Positions 1 through 8,805 of a stretch of 12,028 bases of DNA are shown here, one piece after another. Source of the stretch: a virus. Both the position numbers and the translations under genes were made by a program. Under the pieces are notes generated by a model that ran no database searches, was not told the DNA's origin, and saw only the letters and a program-made list of their open reading frames with translations. The stretch lies in UHGV virus genome UHGV-0149822. The stretch is one strand, 5' to 3'. Within the stretch, counting starts at the first letter, position 1. The number at the start of each line of letters is the position of its first letter.

Positions 1-2
1 AG

Positions 3-368
3 AATGGAGTCAAGGCTGATTACGAGGCTTATAAGATAGGCTACGTAGTCCCATCTAGCGATCATTTTTACACGCCGGACTTCGTTTTACCAAACGGAAT
101 CATCGTGGAGACCAAAGGTATCTTCGATAGTGATGACCGTAAGAAGCACCTTCTGGTACGAGAACAGCACCCTGAGTTAGACATTCGGTTCGTGTTCTCA
201 AGTTCCCGCTCCAAGTTATACAAGGGGTCTCCGACCACGTATGGCGCATGGTGCGAAAAGAACGGCTATAAGTATGCCGATAAGTTCATCCCGGTTGAGT
301 GGCTGCGAGAGGCGACTGTACGTCTGCCTTCAGGTATCCTCATCCCCAAGAAGAAAGGAGTTAAGTGA
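3..368 (+). CDS. gp3: Endonuclease I / Holliday-junction resolvase (T7 gene 3 homolog); 5' end lies upstream of the window
   Basis: Frame opens at nt 3 with no start in window (NGVKADYEAYKIGYVVPSSDHFYTPDFVLPNGIIVETKG...). The PDF...ETKG...DDRKKHLL(V/I)REQHPELDIR...SSSR.KLYKGSPT segment matches T7 endonuclease I as I recall it, including the D...E-x-K catalytic motif. Stop TGA 366-368. Confidence 0.85.
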   Translation, partial: NGVKADYEAYKIGYVVPSSDHFYTPDFVLPNGIIVETKGIFDSDDRKKHLLVREQHPELDIRFVFSSSRSKLYKGSPTTYGAWCEKNGYKYADKFIPVEWLREATVRLPSGILIPKKKGVK

Positions 369-838
369 TGACTCAGAAATATAGACTTAAGGTTAGTGAC
401 TACGGGTGGCCTAAAGGTACTATCGTTACGAAATGTTCGAAAGACCCTGTACCATCGTCTGGACATGTTCTGGTGGAATCCACTGAGCGTGGAGCCTACA
501 AACACGGAGCAGCAGGTTATGACACTCAGCCTGACGGTATGTGGGGGGCGTGGGTTTTAAAAGAACATCTTGAGGAAATCGTAGAGGATAAACCGCAAGT
601 CCTGCCAGCTTCGAGCGTACCGCCTGTGACTGTGAATCGTGAAGTCCTGACCATCGACAAGATTGGTGTAGGCCAGACGTTCATCGTCCACGGAAAGCCT
701 GAAGAAGTTTACGTGAAGATTAGCAACTCACACGTCTTCAACCATAAGCGTCTCCAGATGCACACCACGGACGCACAGCGCTTCACCCAGCACCTGAATC
801 TAGTGGTCGTAGAATTGGTGGTGTACAATGGTAAGTAA
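365..838 (+). CDS. Hypothetical protein, 157 aa, no recognisable family; inserted between endonuclease I and lysozyme
   Basis: Uninterrupted ORF; ATG overlaps the gene 3 stop (ATGA at 365-368) and its stop (836-838) overlaps the lysozyme start (828), so it is embedded in the operon. No motif I can assign. T7 has no gene here. Confidence 0.6.
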   Translation: MMTQKYRLKVSDYGWPKGTIVTKCSKDPVPSSGHVLVESTERGAYKHGAAGYDTQPDGMWGAWVLKEHLEEIVEDKPQVLPASSVPPVTVNREVLTIDKIGVGQTFIVHGKPEEVYVKISNSHVFNHKRLQMHTTDAQRFTQHLNLVVVELVVYNGK

Positions 839-1286
839 GGTACAGTTCAACCCACGGTCCCGGACTGACGCTATCTTCGTTCACTGTTCGGCTACCAAGC
901 CAGAGATGGACATCGGGGTAGAGACCATCCGTATGTGGCACAAGCAGCAAGGCTGGCTGGACGTAGGCTACCACTTTATCATCAAACGTGATGGCACTGT
1001 GGAAGAGGGTCGCCCAGTCAATGTCGTAGGGTCACACGTTAAGGACTGGAACTCCAAGTCCGTAGGCGTCTGCCTTGTAGGTGGAATCAACGCTAAGGGT
1101 CAGTTTGAAGCTAACTTCACTCCAGCCCAGATGAACTCCCTGCGCAACAAGCTAGCTGACCTGAAGGTCCTGTATCCTCAGGCAGAAATCAAAGCACACC
1201 ATGACGTAGCACCTAAGGCGTGTCCAAGTTTCGACTTGCAACGCTGGCTGTCTACCAATGAACTGGTCACTTCCGACCGTGGTTAA
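828..1286 (+). CDS. gp3.5: Lysozyme / N-acetylmuramoyl-L-alanine amidase (T7 gene 3.5 homolog; in T7 also an RNA polymerase inhibitor)
   Basis: 152 aa; near-colinear with T7 lysozyme (DAIFVHCSATKP...GWLDVGYHFIIKRDGTVEEGR...GVCLVGGI...FTPAQM...AHHDVAPKACPSFDL..WL..NELVTSDRG), including the zinc-ligand His/His/Cys positions. GGTGG SD-like 817-821 upstream of ATG 828. Confidence 0.95.
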   Translation: MVSKVQFNPRSRTDAIFVHCSATKPEMDIGVETIRMWHKQQGWLDVGYHFIIKRDGTVEEGRPVNVVGSHVKDWNSKSVGVCLVGGINAKGQFEANFTPAQMNSLRNKLADLKVLYPQAEIKAHHDVAPKACPSFDLQRWLSTNELVTSDRG

Positions 1287-1310
1287 TAAACTCTAAAGGA
1301 GAATAACTCA

Positions 1311-1526
1311 ATGATTAAACTTATTGAATTTCTTGGTCGTCTGGTGGTGCGTGGTTATCGTCGTGCTGCGGTACTGGAACGAAAGGTAGCAGAGAAGACT
1401 GCTGACGGTGCGGCTGATGCTGCTGCTCTGGCTGACAAGCTGACCATCGCGTCACTGGAAGCTGGCATGAAGGCACGTCAAGCTGACACCAAAGCTGACC
1501 AGTTGGCTCAGTTCTTCAAAGCCTAA
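1311..1526 (+). CDS. Small Ala/Lys-rich protein (71 aa), function unknown
   Basis: Strong SD AAGGAG (1296-1301) 9 nt upstream of ATG 1311. Low-complexity predicted-helical sequence. Position between lysozyme and primase-helicase suggests a small class II gene; I cannot name it reliably. Confidence 0.6.
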   Translation: MIKLIEFLGRLVVRGYRRAAVLERKVAEKTADGAADAAALADKLTIASLEAGMKARQADTKADQLAQFFKA

Positions 1527-1544
1527 ACTATCACCTTAGGGATG
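1522..1544 (+). promoter_or_regulatory. Putative phage-RNAP promoter, degenerate copy (CTAAACTATCACcTtAGGGATGG)
   Basis: Matches the window's repeated promoter motif except two substitutions at about -4/-3. Located just upstream of the primase-helicase gene and overlaps the stop codon of the 71-aa ORF. Predicted +1 G at 1539. Confidence 0.45.
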
Positions 1545-1591
1545 GGACAATGAGTCCTGTCCCTTTGTTCGCATTTGTGATTAAGGAGTGA

Positions 1592-3295
<1,704 letters not shown>

Positions 3296-3306
3296 GGAGG
3301 AGTACA

Positions 3307-3471
3307 TTGCTAAGAAAACTTAAAGCTCGCTACCATCGGTTCATGTACAAATGGTGGAGCGATGAAGCAACCTGCCTGTCAAACATTCTAGGAGAACAGA
3401 GGTTCGACTCTAAGGCATGGAAGAAGGCTAACCGGAAGTTTATGTATCACTTCTTGCGTACAGACTTCTAG
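3307..3471 (+). CDS. Candidate small basic Trp-rich protein (about 54 aa) with TTG start; hypothetical
   Basis: Strong SD AAGGAGG (3294-3300) directly follows the gene 4 stop (TAA 3293-3295), with an in-frame TTG 6 nt downstream at 3307. The ORF runs to TAG 3469-3471. The six-frame track opens this frame at 3274 (GTG) inside gene 4. No homology recognised. Confidence 0.3.
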   Translation: MLRKLKARYHRFMYKWWSDEATCLSNILGEQRFDSKAWKKANRKFMYHFLRTDF

Positions 3472-3534
3472 GTCTAGACTCAAGGTCATTCACATAGAGT
3501 GGCCTTTATGATTAGACTAAACGGAGGATTAACC

Positions 3535-3936
3535 ATGTTTGATTGCATTGAGTGGAACGGGTGCCGAGACCGTTTCGGATACGGTATGCGAAAGGTCAAC
3601 GGGAAAGTCCGTAGACTACATCTAATAGCCTTCGAGGAGGCGAACGGTCCGATACCTGAAGGAATGGTCGTGCGACATAAGTGTGACAACCCATCGTGTT
3701 ACAACCCAGCACACTTAGAGCTGGGGACACGGGCCGACAACAATCGTGATAGAGACGTAAGAGGTCGAACCGCTAAGGGAGTGAGGCATGGGAGTTCTAG
3801 GCTTACACCTGAAATAATACAAGAGGCCAAGGTGCTCTACGCAGGAGGTGGATGGACTCACCGCTCCCTAGGTGAGAAGTATGGAGTGGGACACCGCACG
3901 ATAGCTAGAGCAATTGGAGGAGAAACATGGACTTAA
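3535..3936 (+). CDS. HNH homing-endonuclease-like protein with C-terminal HTH-like region (copy 1)
   Basis: HNH motif RHKCDNPSCYNPAHLELGTRADN visible. SD GGAGG (3523-3527) 7 nt before ATG 3535; the track frame opens earlier at GTG 3499. Stop TAA 3934-3936 overlaps the DNA polymerase start by 10 nt. Confidence 0.85.
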   Translation: MFDCIEWNGCRDRFGYGMRKVNGKVRRLHLIAFEEANGPIPEGMVVRHKCDNPSCYNPAHLELGTRADNNRDRDVRGRTAKGVRHGSSRLTPEIIQEAKVLYAGGGWTHRSLGEKYGVGHRTIARAIGGETWT

Positions 3937-6095
3937 GTAACGTATACGGGTCTGACATCGAGACCAACGGTCTCCTTGATACAGTCTCCCAGTTTCACTG
4001 TGGGGTCCTGATTAACGCCGAGTCGAATGAGACCCTTAAGTATGGGGTAGCTCCGATGGTCGGTATCGTCGGTGGCTTCAAAGAGTATGTTCAGAAGGTG
4101 GAAGAGATTGCCGCATCACCTGATGGTATGCTGGTATTCCACAACGGTATCAACTATGACGTCCCTGCTATTGACAAGCTGAAACGTCTGTACTTTGGGA
4201 AACGATTTAACTTCCCGAAACACAAGATGATTGATACCTTGGTGCTCGCCCGCTTGATGTATCCAAACATTAAGTTCTCAGACATGGGCGCGGTGAAATC
4301 TGGTCGTCTGCCACCTAAGATGATGGGACGCCAGTCTCTTGAGGCTTGGGGTTATCGTCTCGGTGAGATGAAAGGTGAATACAAACACGATTACGTTGCC
4401 AAGTGCAAGGCTGAAGGTATCGAATATAAGGCTGGGGACGAATGGTTGTTCCCGTCTCAGGAGATGCTGGACTATAACGTTCAAGACGTTGTGGTCACGC
4501 TGGCGTTGCTCAAGAAGTTCCTGACTGACAAGTATTACTTCCAGTCTGAACAGTTCGCTTTCGACCAGATTTATGCGTTGCGTCTGGAACATGATGCTGC
4601 GTGGACCTGTGCGAAGATGGAACGTAACGGCTATCCGATGAACACCGAGATGGTCGAAGGCTTATATCGTGAACTCACCGTCAAACGTGCAGAGTTGCTG
4701 GACAAGCTGCGTTCGACTTTCGGTAGCTGGTACGCACCAAAGGGAGGCAAGGAGTTCTTCAAGCACCCACGGACAGGCAAGGACCTTCCGAAGTATCCGC
4801 GAGTCGTGTATCCTAAGGTCGGGTCAGTATTCAAGAAGCCGAAGAACAAAGCTCAACGCTTAGGTCTGGAGCCTTGCGAGTTCGACTCACGAGACACAAT
4901 GGAAGGAGCACCATTCACGCCAATAACTTACGTTGAGTTTAATCCGGGAAGCGGAGACCACTTAGCGAAAGTCCTGATGGAGCGTGGCTGGGAGCCTGTG
5001 GACTTCACTGACACCGGGAAACCTGTAGTCGATGACGAGACGTTAGAGCACGTTAAGTTGCCAGACGCAGAGGCTCAGGCTTGCGTAGAGCTGGTCCGTG
5101 AGTATCTGGTAGTCCAGAAGCGCATCGGTCAGGCGGCTGAAGGTAAGAACGCATGGTTGAAACTTGTAGGTCCAGACGGACGTATGCACGGTTCAATCAA
5201 CCCATGCGGGGCAGTAACCGGACGTGCGACTCATAGTTCACCAAACATGGCTCAGGTCCCGGCTAATGGTGCTCCATATGGTGAGATTTGCCGTGGTGCT
5301 TTCGGTGCAGCTTGGAACAAGACGGATGGTACGCCAGACCCTTGGATTCAAGTGGGTGTGGATGCTTCAGGTCTTGAGCTTCGTTGTCTTGGGAACAGAG
5401 CGGCTCCGTTTGATGGTGGTGCATATGCGAAGAATGTGGTCGAAGGTGACATCCACTGGGCCAACGCAGTAAACGCTGGGTTAGCACCTAACGTCCCACG
5501 CGATAAGTCGAGCCACGACCATGATGCTTTCCGTAACAACGCTAAGACGTTCATCTATGCGTTCCTGTACGGTGCAGGGGCCGCTAAGATTGGACTGATA
5601 GTAGGCGGTGGGAAGAAGGAAGGTTCAGCTCTCATGAAGAAATTCATTGAGGGTACACCAGCCATCAAAGACCTCAGGGAAGCTGTGAGCAATACGTTAA
5701 TCTCAGACTCTAAGTGGGTGGACGGTGAGAATATCGTTAAGTGGAAACGCCGTTGGTTGCGTGGACTTGATGGTCGCCGTATCCACATCCGGTCACCGCA
5801 CTCAGCACTGAACGCCTTACTTCAAGGCGATGGTGCGGTAGTCTGTAAGCACTGGATTGTCGAGACTGAACGTATGCTCGAAGAGGCCGGGTATGTTCAC
5901 GGCTGGGAAGGTGACTTTGCGTACATGGCTTGGGTACATGATGAATTGCAGATTGCGTGTCGTACTCAGGAGATTGCTGAAGAAGTCGTCAAGATTGCTC
6001 AGCTTGCTATGCGTAAGGTGGGTGAGTTCTATAACTTTAAATGTGTCCTTGATACCGAAGGTAAGATTGGACCAACGTGGAAGGAGTGTCACTAA
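3927..6095 (+). CDS. gp5: DNA polymerase, family A with 3'-5' exonuclease domain (T7 gene 5 homolog)
   Basis: 722 aa. Exo I motif (SDIETNGL), Pol motif A (GVDASGLELR), motif B (KTFIYAFLYGAG), motif C (AWVHDELQ), and a lysine-rich insertion (PKYPRVVYPKVGSVFKKPKNKAQR) corresponding to the T7 thioredoxin-binding loop. Colinear with T7 gp5 along the whole length. Confidence 0.97.
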   Translation: MDLSNVYGSDIETNGLLDTVSQFHCGVLINAESNETLKYGVAPMVGIVGGFKEYVQKVEEIAASPDGMLVFHNGINYDVPAIDKLKRLYFGKRFNFPKHKMIDTLVLARLMYPNIKFSDMGAVKSGRLPPKMMGRQSLEAWGYRLGEMKGEYKHDYVAKCKAEGIEYKAGDEWLFPSQEMLDYNVQDVVVTLALLKKFLTDKYYFQSEQFAFDQIYALRLEHDAAWTCAKMERNGYPMNTEMVEGLYRELTVKRAELLDKLRSTFGSWYAPKGGKEFFKHPRTGKDLPKYPRVVYPKVGSVFKKPKNKAQRLGLEPCEFDSRDTMEGAPFTPITYVEFNPGSGDHLAKVLMERGWEPVDFTDTGKPVVDDETLEHVKLPDAEAQACVELVREYLVVQKRIGQAAEGKNAWLKLVGPDGRMHGSINPCGAVTGRATHSSPNMAQVPANGAPYGEICRGAFGAAWNKTDGTPDPWIQVGVDASGLELRCLGNRAAPFDGGAYAKNVVEGDIHWANAVNAGLAPNVPRDKSSHDHDAFRNNAKTFIYAFLYGAGAAKIGLIVGGGKKEGSALMKKFIEGTPAIKDLREAVSNTLISDSKWVDGENIVKWKRRWLRGLDGRRIHIRSPHSALNALLQGDGAVVCKHWIVETERMLEEAGYVHGWEGDFAYMAWVHDELQIACRTQEIAEEVVKIAQLAMRKVGEFYNFKCVLDTEGKIGPTWKECH

Positions 6096-6379
6096 TGGCT
6101 ATTACTAAACGTATTCGTGTGAGTTTTGACCTGAAGATGGTTGTTAACTCAAAGGCAGAAGAGACCGTGTGTCGCCAACTGGCTGAGATGACTAAAGCCT
6201 ACGCTGGTGGTGAGAAGTTGGATGGGCTTCAGTTGGCTCTGGTCAAAGCAGCAATCGAGTCAGGCCCTGAGTCTGCCATTGAAATTGTCGCCAAGAAGCA
6301 CATCAAGGAAGAGCTGGTAGACGCCTTTGGTGATGGCCAGTTAGGTGTGTCCAACCTGCGATTCGAGGTCAAGCAATGA
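6095..6379 (+). CDS. Small protein at the gene 5.5 position (T7 gp5.5 is an H-NS-binding protein); start uncertain
   Basis: SD AAGGAG (6081-6086) 8 nt before ATG 6095, which overlaps the polymerase stop (TAATG). The track opens the frame at 6077. Assignment is mainly by synteny and size (94 aa). Confidence 0.6.
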   Translation: MAITKRIRVSFDLKMVVNSKAEETVCRQLAEMTKAYAGGEKLDGLQLALVKAAIESGPESAIEIVAKKHIKEELVDAFGDGQLGVSNLRFEVKQ

Positions 6380-6585
6380 GTGAATACTTACGGGTCCTAG
6401 CGGCCCTTAAGTCCTGCCCGAAGACCTTCCAGTCCAACTACGTGCGAAACAACGCTGCACTTGTGGCTGAGGCTTCGAGCCGTGGACATCTAAGCTGCCT
6501 GTCTATGGATGGGCGTAACAACGGTGCGTGGGAGATTACCGCTGCTGGCACCAAGTTCCTGAACCAACACGGAGGCTGTCTATGA
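6376..6585 (+). CDS. T7 gp5.7-like small protein (in T7, an inhibitor of sigma-S RNA polymerase)
   Basis: 69 aa, MSEYLRVLAALKSCPKTFQSNYVRNNAALVAEASSRGH...GAWEITAAGTKFL, closely resembling T7 gp5.7 as I recall it. ATG overlaps the upstream stop (ATGA). Confidence 0.7.
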   Translation: MSEYLRVLAALKSCPKTFQSNYVRNNAALVAEASSRGHLSCLSMDGRNNGAWEITAAGTKFLNQHGGCL

Positions 6586-6818
6586 GTGAACTGGATTTAC
6601 TGAAGAAGTTTGACGAGCTTATGTCACTCCTTAATGGTGAAGAGAACTCAATGGCTGAAGAGTTCCGCGAGGCTCTAGCAGCTAAGTTAGACCGTGCCGC
6701 TGATGATAGACTCTGGCGTGAGTGCTTGGCTGGTGGCGGGGTGGACAACTGGTCTGGGTTCTATGAGTCACTGTCTGAAGGTGGATACTACAAGGAGGAC
6801 GACGATGACTTCGAATAA
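6582..6818 (+). CDS. Acidic 78-aa protein at the gene 5.9 position (T7 gp5.9 is a RecBCD inhibitor); function here unproven
   Basis: SD GGAGG (6571-6575) before ATG 6582, which overlaps the gp5.7-like stop (ATGA). The track opens the frame further upstream at 6528. Strongly acidic, ends ...YYKEDDDDFE. Its stop overlaps the gene 6 start by 14 nt. Confidence 0.55.
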   Translation: MSELDLLKKFDELMSLLNGEENSMAEEFREALAAKLDRAADDRLWRECLAGGGVDNWSGFYESLSEGGYYKEDDDDFE

Positions 6819-7674
6819 GAAGATAGCTCTGGTTCTGGATGGTGACTATCTGGTCTTCTCTTCTATGGCTGCTGCCGAGGACGAGACAGACTGGGGTGAT
6901 GACATCTGGACCCTTATCTGCGACCATGAGAAGGCTCGTCGTATCCTTGAGAACACCATCGCTGAAATCGTTAAGAAGCGCAAGGCGTGGAAAGACGCTA
7001 AGATTGTGATGTGTTTTACTGACGATAATAACTGGCGTAAGGACGTTCTTCCTACCTATAAAGCCAACCGTAAAGGTTCTCGCAAGCCTGTAGGTTACAA
7101 GAAGTTCGTAGCAGAAGTGATGGCTGACCCACGGTTCAACAGCTTCCTACGTCCTACGCTTGAGGGTGATGACTGTATGGGTATCATCGGGACCCGACCT
7201 CAGATTGTCGGGTGCGACCATGCGGTTCTGGTGTCCTGTGACAAGGACTTCAAGACCATCCCGAACTGTGAGTTCTTCTGGTTAACCACTGGTGAAATCC
7301 TGAGTCATACGACTGCCGAGGCAGACTACTGGCACATGGAGCAGACCATCAAGGGTGACACTACAGATGGCTACGGCGGTATTCCGGGGATGGGTGAGGA
7401 CACTACTCGTGCGTTCCTTGACGAGCCATACTACTTCGTGCAGGAGAGCCGTGAGCTTAAGACTGGTAAGAACAAAGGCCAGATTAAGACTGAGTGGAAG
7501 AAGTATCCGAAGCGTGAAGACATGACGTTGTGGGACTGCATGGTGACTCTGGCTGCTAAAGCTGGGATGACCGAGGAGGAACTTCTGGTCCAAGCTCAGG
7601 TAGCTCGTATTTGTCGAGCCTCCGACTACGACCCTAAGTCCAAGGAGGTCATCCTGTGGACACCATCCATGTAA
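6805..7674 (+). CDS. gp6: 5'-3' exonuclease, FEN-like (T7 gene 6 homolog)
   Basis: SD AAGGAGG (6792-6798) before ATG 6805; the track frame opens at 6694 but homology begins at 6805. LVLDGDYLVFSSMAAAE...CDH.KAR.ILE...KAW...FTD..NWRK...YKANRK...KPVGY...LEGDD.MG...SCDKDFKTIPNC.F.W.TTG.IL...TIKGD.TDGY.GI...GMTEE is colinear with T7 gp6 as I recall it. Confidence 0.93.
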   Translation: MTSNKKIALVLDGDYLVFSSMAAAEDETDWGDDIWTLICDHEKARRILENTIAEIVKKRKAWKDAKIVMCFTDDNNWRKDVLPTYKANRKGSRKPVGYKKFVAEVMADPRFNSFLRPTLEGDDCMGIIGTRPQIVGCDHAVLVSCDKDFKTIPNCEFFWLTTGEILSHTTAEADYWHMEQTIKGDTTDGYGGIPGMGEDTTRAFLDEPYYFVQESRELKTGKNKGQIKTEWKKYPKREDMTLWDCMVTLAAKAGMTEEELLVQAQVARICRASDYDPKSKEVILWTPSM

Positions 7675-7748
7675 TTTACTGGGTCGGACTTCTGGCCATT
7701 TACTGCATGTACAAGTGGTTCGGGTCGAACAACCGTCCTAAACACTGA
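7656..7748 (+). CDS. Candidate small hydrophobic peptide (30 aa, GTG start) at the gene 6.3 position
   Basis: SD AAGGAGG (7642-7648) 7 nt upstream of GTG 7656. ORF (M)DTIHVIYWVGLLAIYCMYKWFGSNNRPKH ends at TGA 7746-7748, with a hydrophobic core long enough for one membrane helix. Too short for the supplied ORF track; overlaps the end of gene 6. Confidence 0.3.
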   Translation: MDTIHVIYWVGLLAIYCMYKWFGSNNRPKH

Positions 7749-7800
7749 GTCTAACCGATAGTCATATCCTATCAATCCAACAGTCATCCATAGGTGAAAC

Positions 7801-7823
7801 ACTAAACTATCACTATAGGGACT
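7801..7823 (+). promoter_or_regulatory. Phage-RNAP promoter (ACTAAACTATCACTATAGGGACT), phi6.5-equivalent
   Basis: Exact copy of the 18-nt motif CTAAACTATCACTATAGG shared with the sites at 10953 and 11959. Positions -6..+4 are identical to the T7 consensus CACTATAGGG. Intergenic, 62 nt upstream of the gp6.5-position gene; predicted +1 G at 7818. Confidence 0.75.
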
Positions 7824-7884
7824 TTAGGACCTAAGATATGACTATAAGATAGACTTTAGTCTTAACTTAAAGAGGAGATTCAAG

Positions 7885-8157
7885 ATGGCGATTAATGCTA
7901 TTGAAAACGTTGTTAAGCAGTTACAGGAAGAAAGACTTGATGTTCCTAGCATCTCCCAGTCTGCCATCCAGTTCATGCACGTATTGTTCAACGCAAGCTA
8001 CGCTGAGAAGATGGGAGCTATCAGTCTCCTCAAGCAGCAGGGCTACAGCGATGCGTTCATTGCCGGGTTTATCAAGGGTCTCCAGTATTGCTCTGACACT
8101 CTCGACTCTGCGATTGCTATGCGTCGTGAGCTGAAAGATACCGTTCAGTTTGATTAA
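7885..8157 (+). CDS. Small protein at the gene 6.5 position (hypothetical)
   Basis: SD AGAGGAG (7871-7877) before ATG 7885; 90 aa. Assignment by synteny and promoter placement. Confidence 0.6.
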   Translation: MAINAIENVVKQLQEERLDVPSISQSAIQFMHVLFNASYAEKMGAISLLKQQGYSDAFIAGFIKGLQYCSDTLDSAIAMRRELKDTVQFD

Positions 8158-8171
8158 CTGTAGGAGGGACT

Positions 8172-8396
8172 ATGTGTTTCAGTCCAAAGATTAGCACTCC
8201 GAAGCCTTCGGTCCAAGCACCTGAACCAGCACCTCTGAGTGAGGAAGTTGCGTCAGTTGACATCGGGGCTGAATCGGATGTGGACACAAACGAGACCAAA
8301 GGTATCAAAGACCTGAAGGTCAAGAAGGAGTCTGCACCTAAAGATAAATCGTCAGTAAGTCGCGCTATGCGTAACTCTGGCGTCAACATGGGGTAA
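8172..8396 (+). CDS. gp6.7-like small virion/ejected protein (by synteny and N-terminal similarity)
   Basis: SD AGGAGGG (8162-8168) before ATG 8172. N-terminus MCFSPKI... and the ...EPAPL... stretch resemble T7 gp6.7 as I recall it. Lys/Ser-rich C-terminus. Confidence 0.6.
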   Translation: MCFSPKISTPKPSVQAPEPAPLSEEVASVDIGAESDVDTNETKGIKDLKVKKESAPKDKSSVSRAMRNSGVNMG

Positions 8397-8400
8397 GACA

Positions 8401-8805
8401 ATGCTACCATATCTCAACTCACGCGAAGGTCGCCACATGTGCGCTTGTCGCCTCTGGGAAGACGGGCAGTCTAACTTCAAGTCATTCGAGGACTTCAAGG
8501 CTCATACTTACCGTATGGCTGACGAGTTCGACGGTGAAGAATACACAATCTACGATGTCTCAGGTCAACCAGTAGCGTACCTCTACATGCTGGCTACCGC
8601 ATCTTGGCACCGACCGACTCCCGGTCTTGACCTTTCAATCGTAGCTATTCGTCGTGACTCGCAGTCCTCCCGCAAGGTTCTTGAGACTGTCAGACACATC
8701 ATAGACGAAGAGTGCAAGCGTTGGGGTCTTGGCTGGTACTCCCGTGTCAAGCATGTGTCCGGGTCGGTAGACATCGTAACAACTAAGGAGATTAATCGTG
8801 GGTAA
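8401..8805 (+). CDS. gp7-position protein (T7 gene 7 class; virion-associated), hypothetical
   Basis: 134-aa ORF between the gp6.7-like and gp7.3-like genes; stop TAA 8803-8805 overlaps the next gene's GTG start. Weak SD, so the start is uncertain. Confidence 0.55.
   Translation: MLPYLNSREGRHMCACRLWEDGQSNFKSFEDFKAHTYRMADEFDGEEYTIYDVSGQPVAYLYMLATASWHRPTPGLDLSIVAIRRDSQSSRKVLETVRHIIDEECKRWGLGWYSRVKHVSGSVDIVTTKEINRG

Noticed and set aside
105-368. The 87-aa ORF as a stand-alone gene starting at ATG 105
   Set aside because: The frame is open back to the window edge and the upstream translation matches endonuclease I, so this is the C-terminal part of a truncated gene 3.
266-505. Minus-strand ORFs from the track (for example 266-505, 783-974, 2647-2988, 4278-4592, 5555-5788, 6536-6748, 7282-7593, 8117-8410, 9952-10422)
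   Set aside because: All lie antisense within + strand genes that have strong motif or homology support. T7-like genomes are transcribed in one direction, and none has a convincing SD or start context.
7895-8134. 79-aa alternate-frame ORF overlapping the gp6.5-position gene
   Set aside because: Fully nested in another frame of a gene with a strong SD; its Ser/Leu-rich composition is typical of an off-frame artefact.
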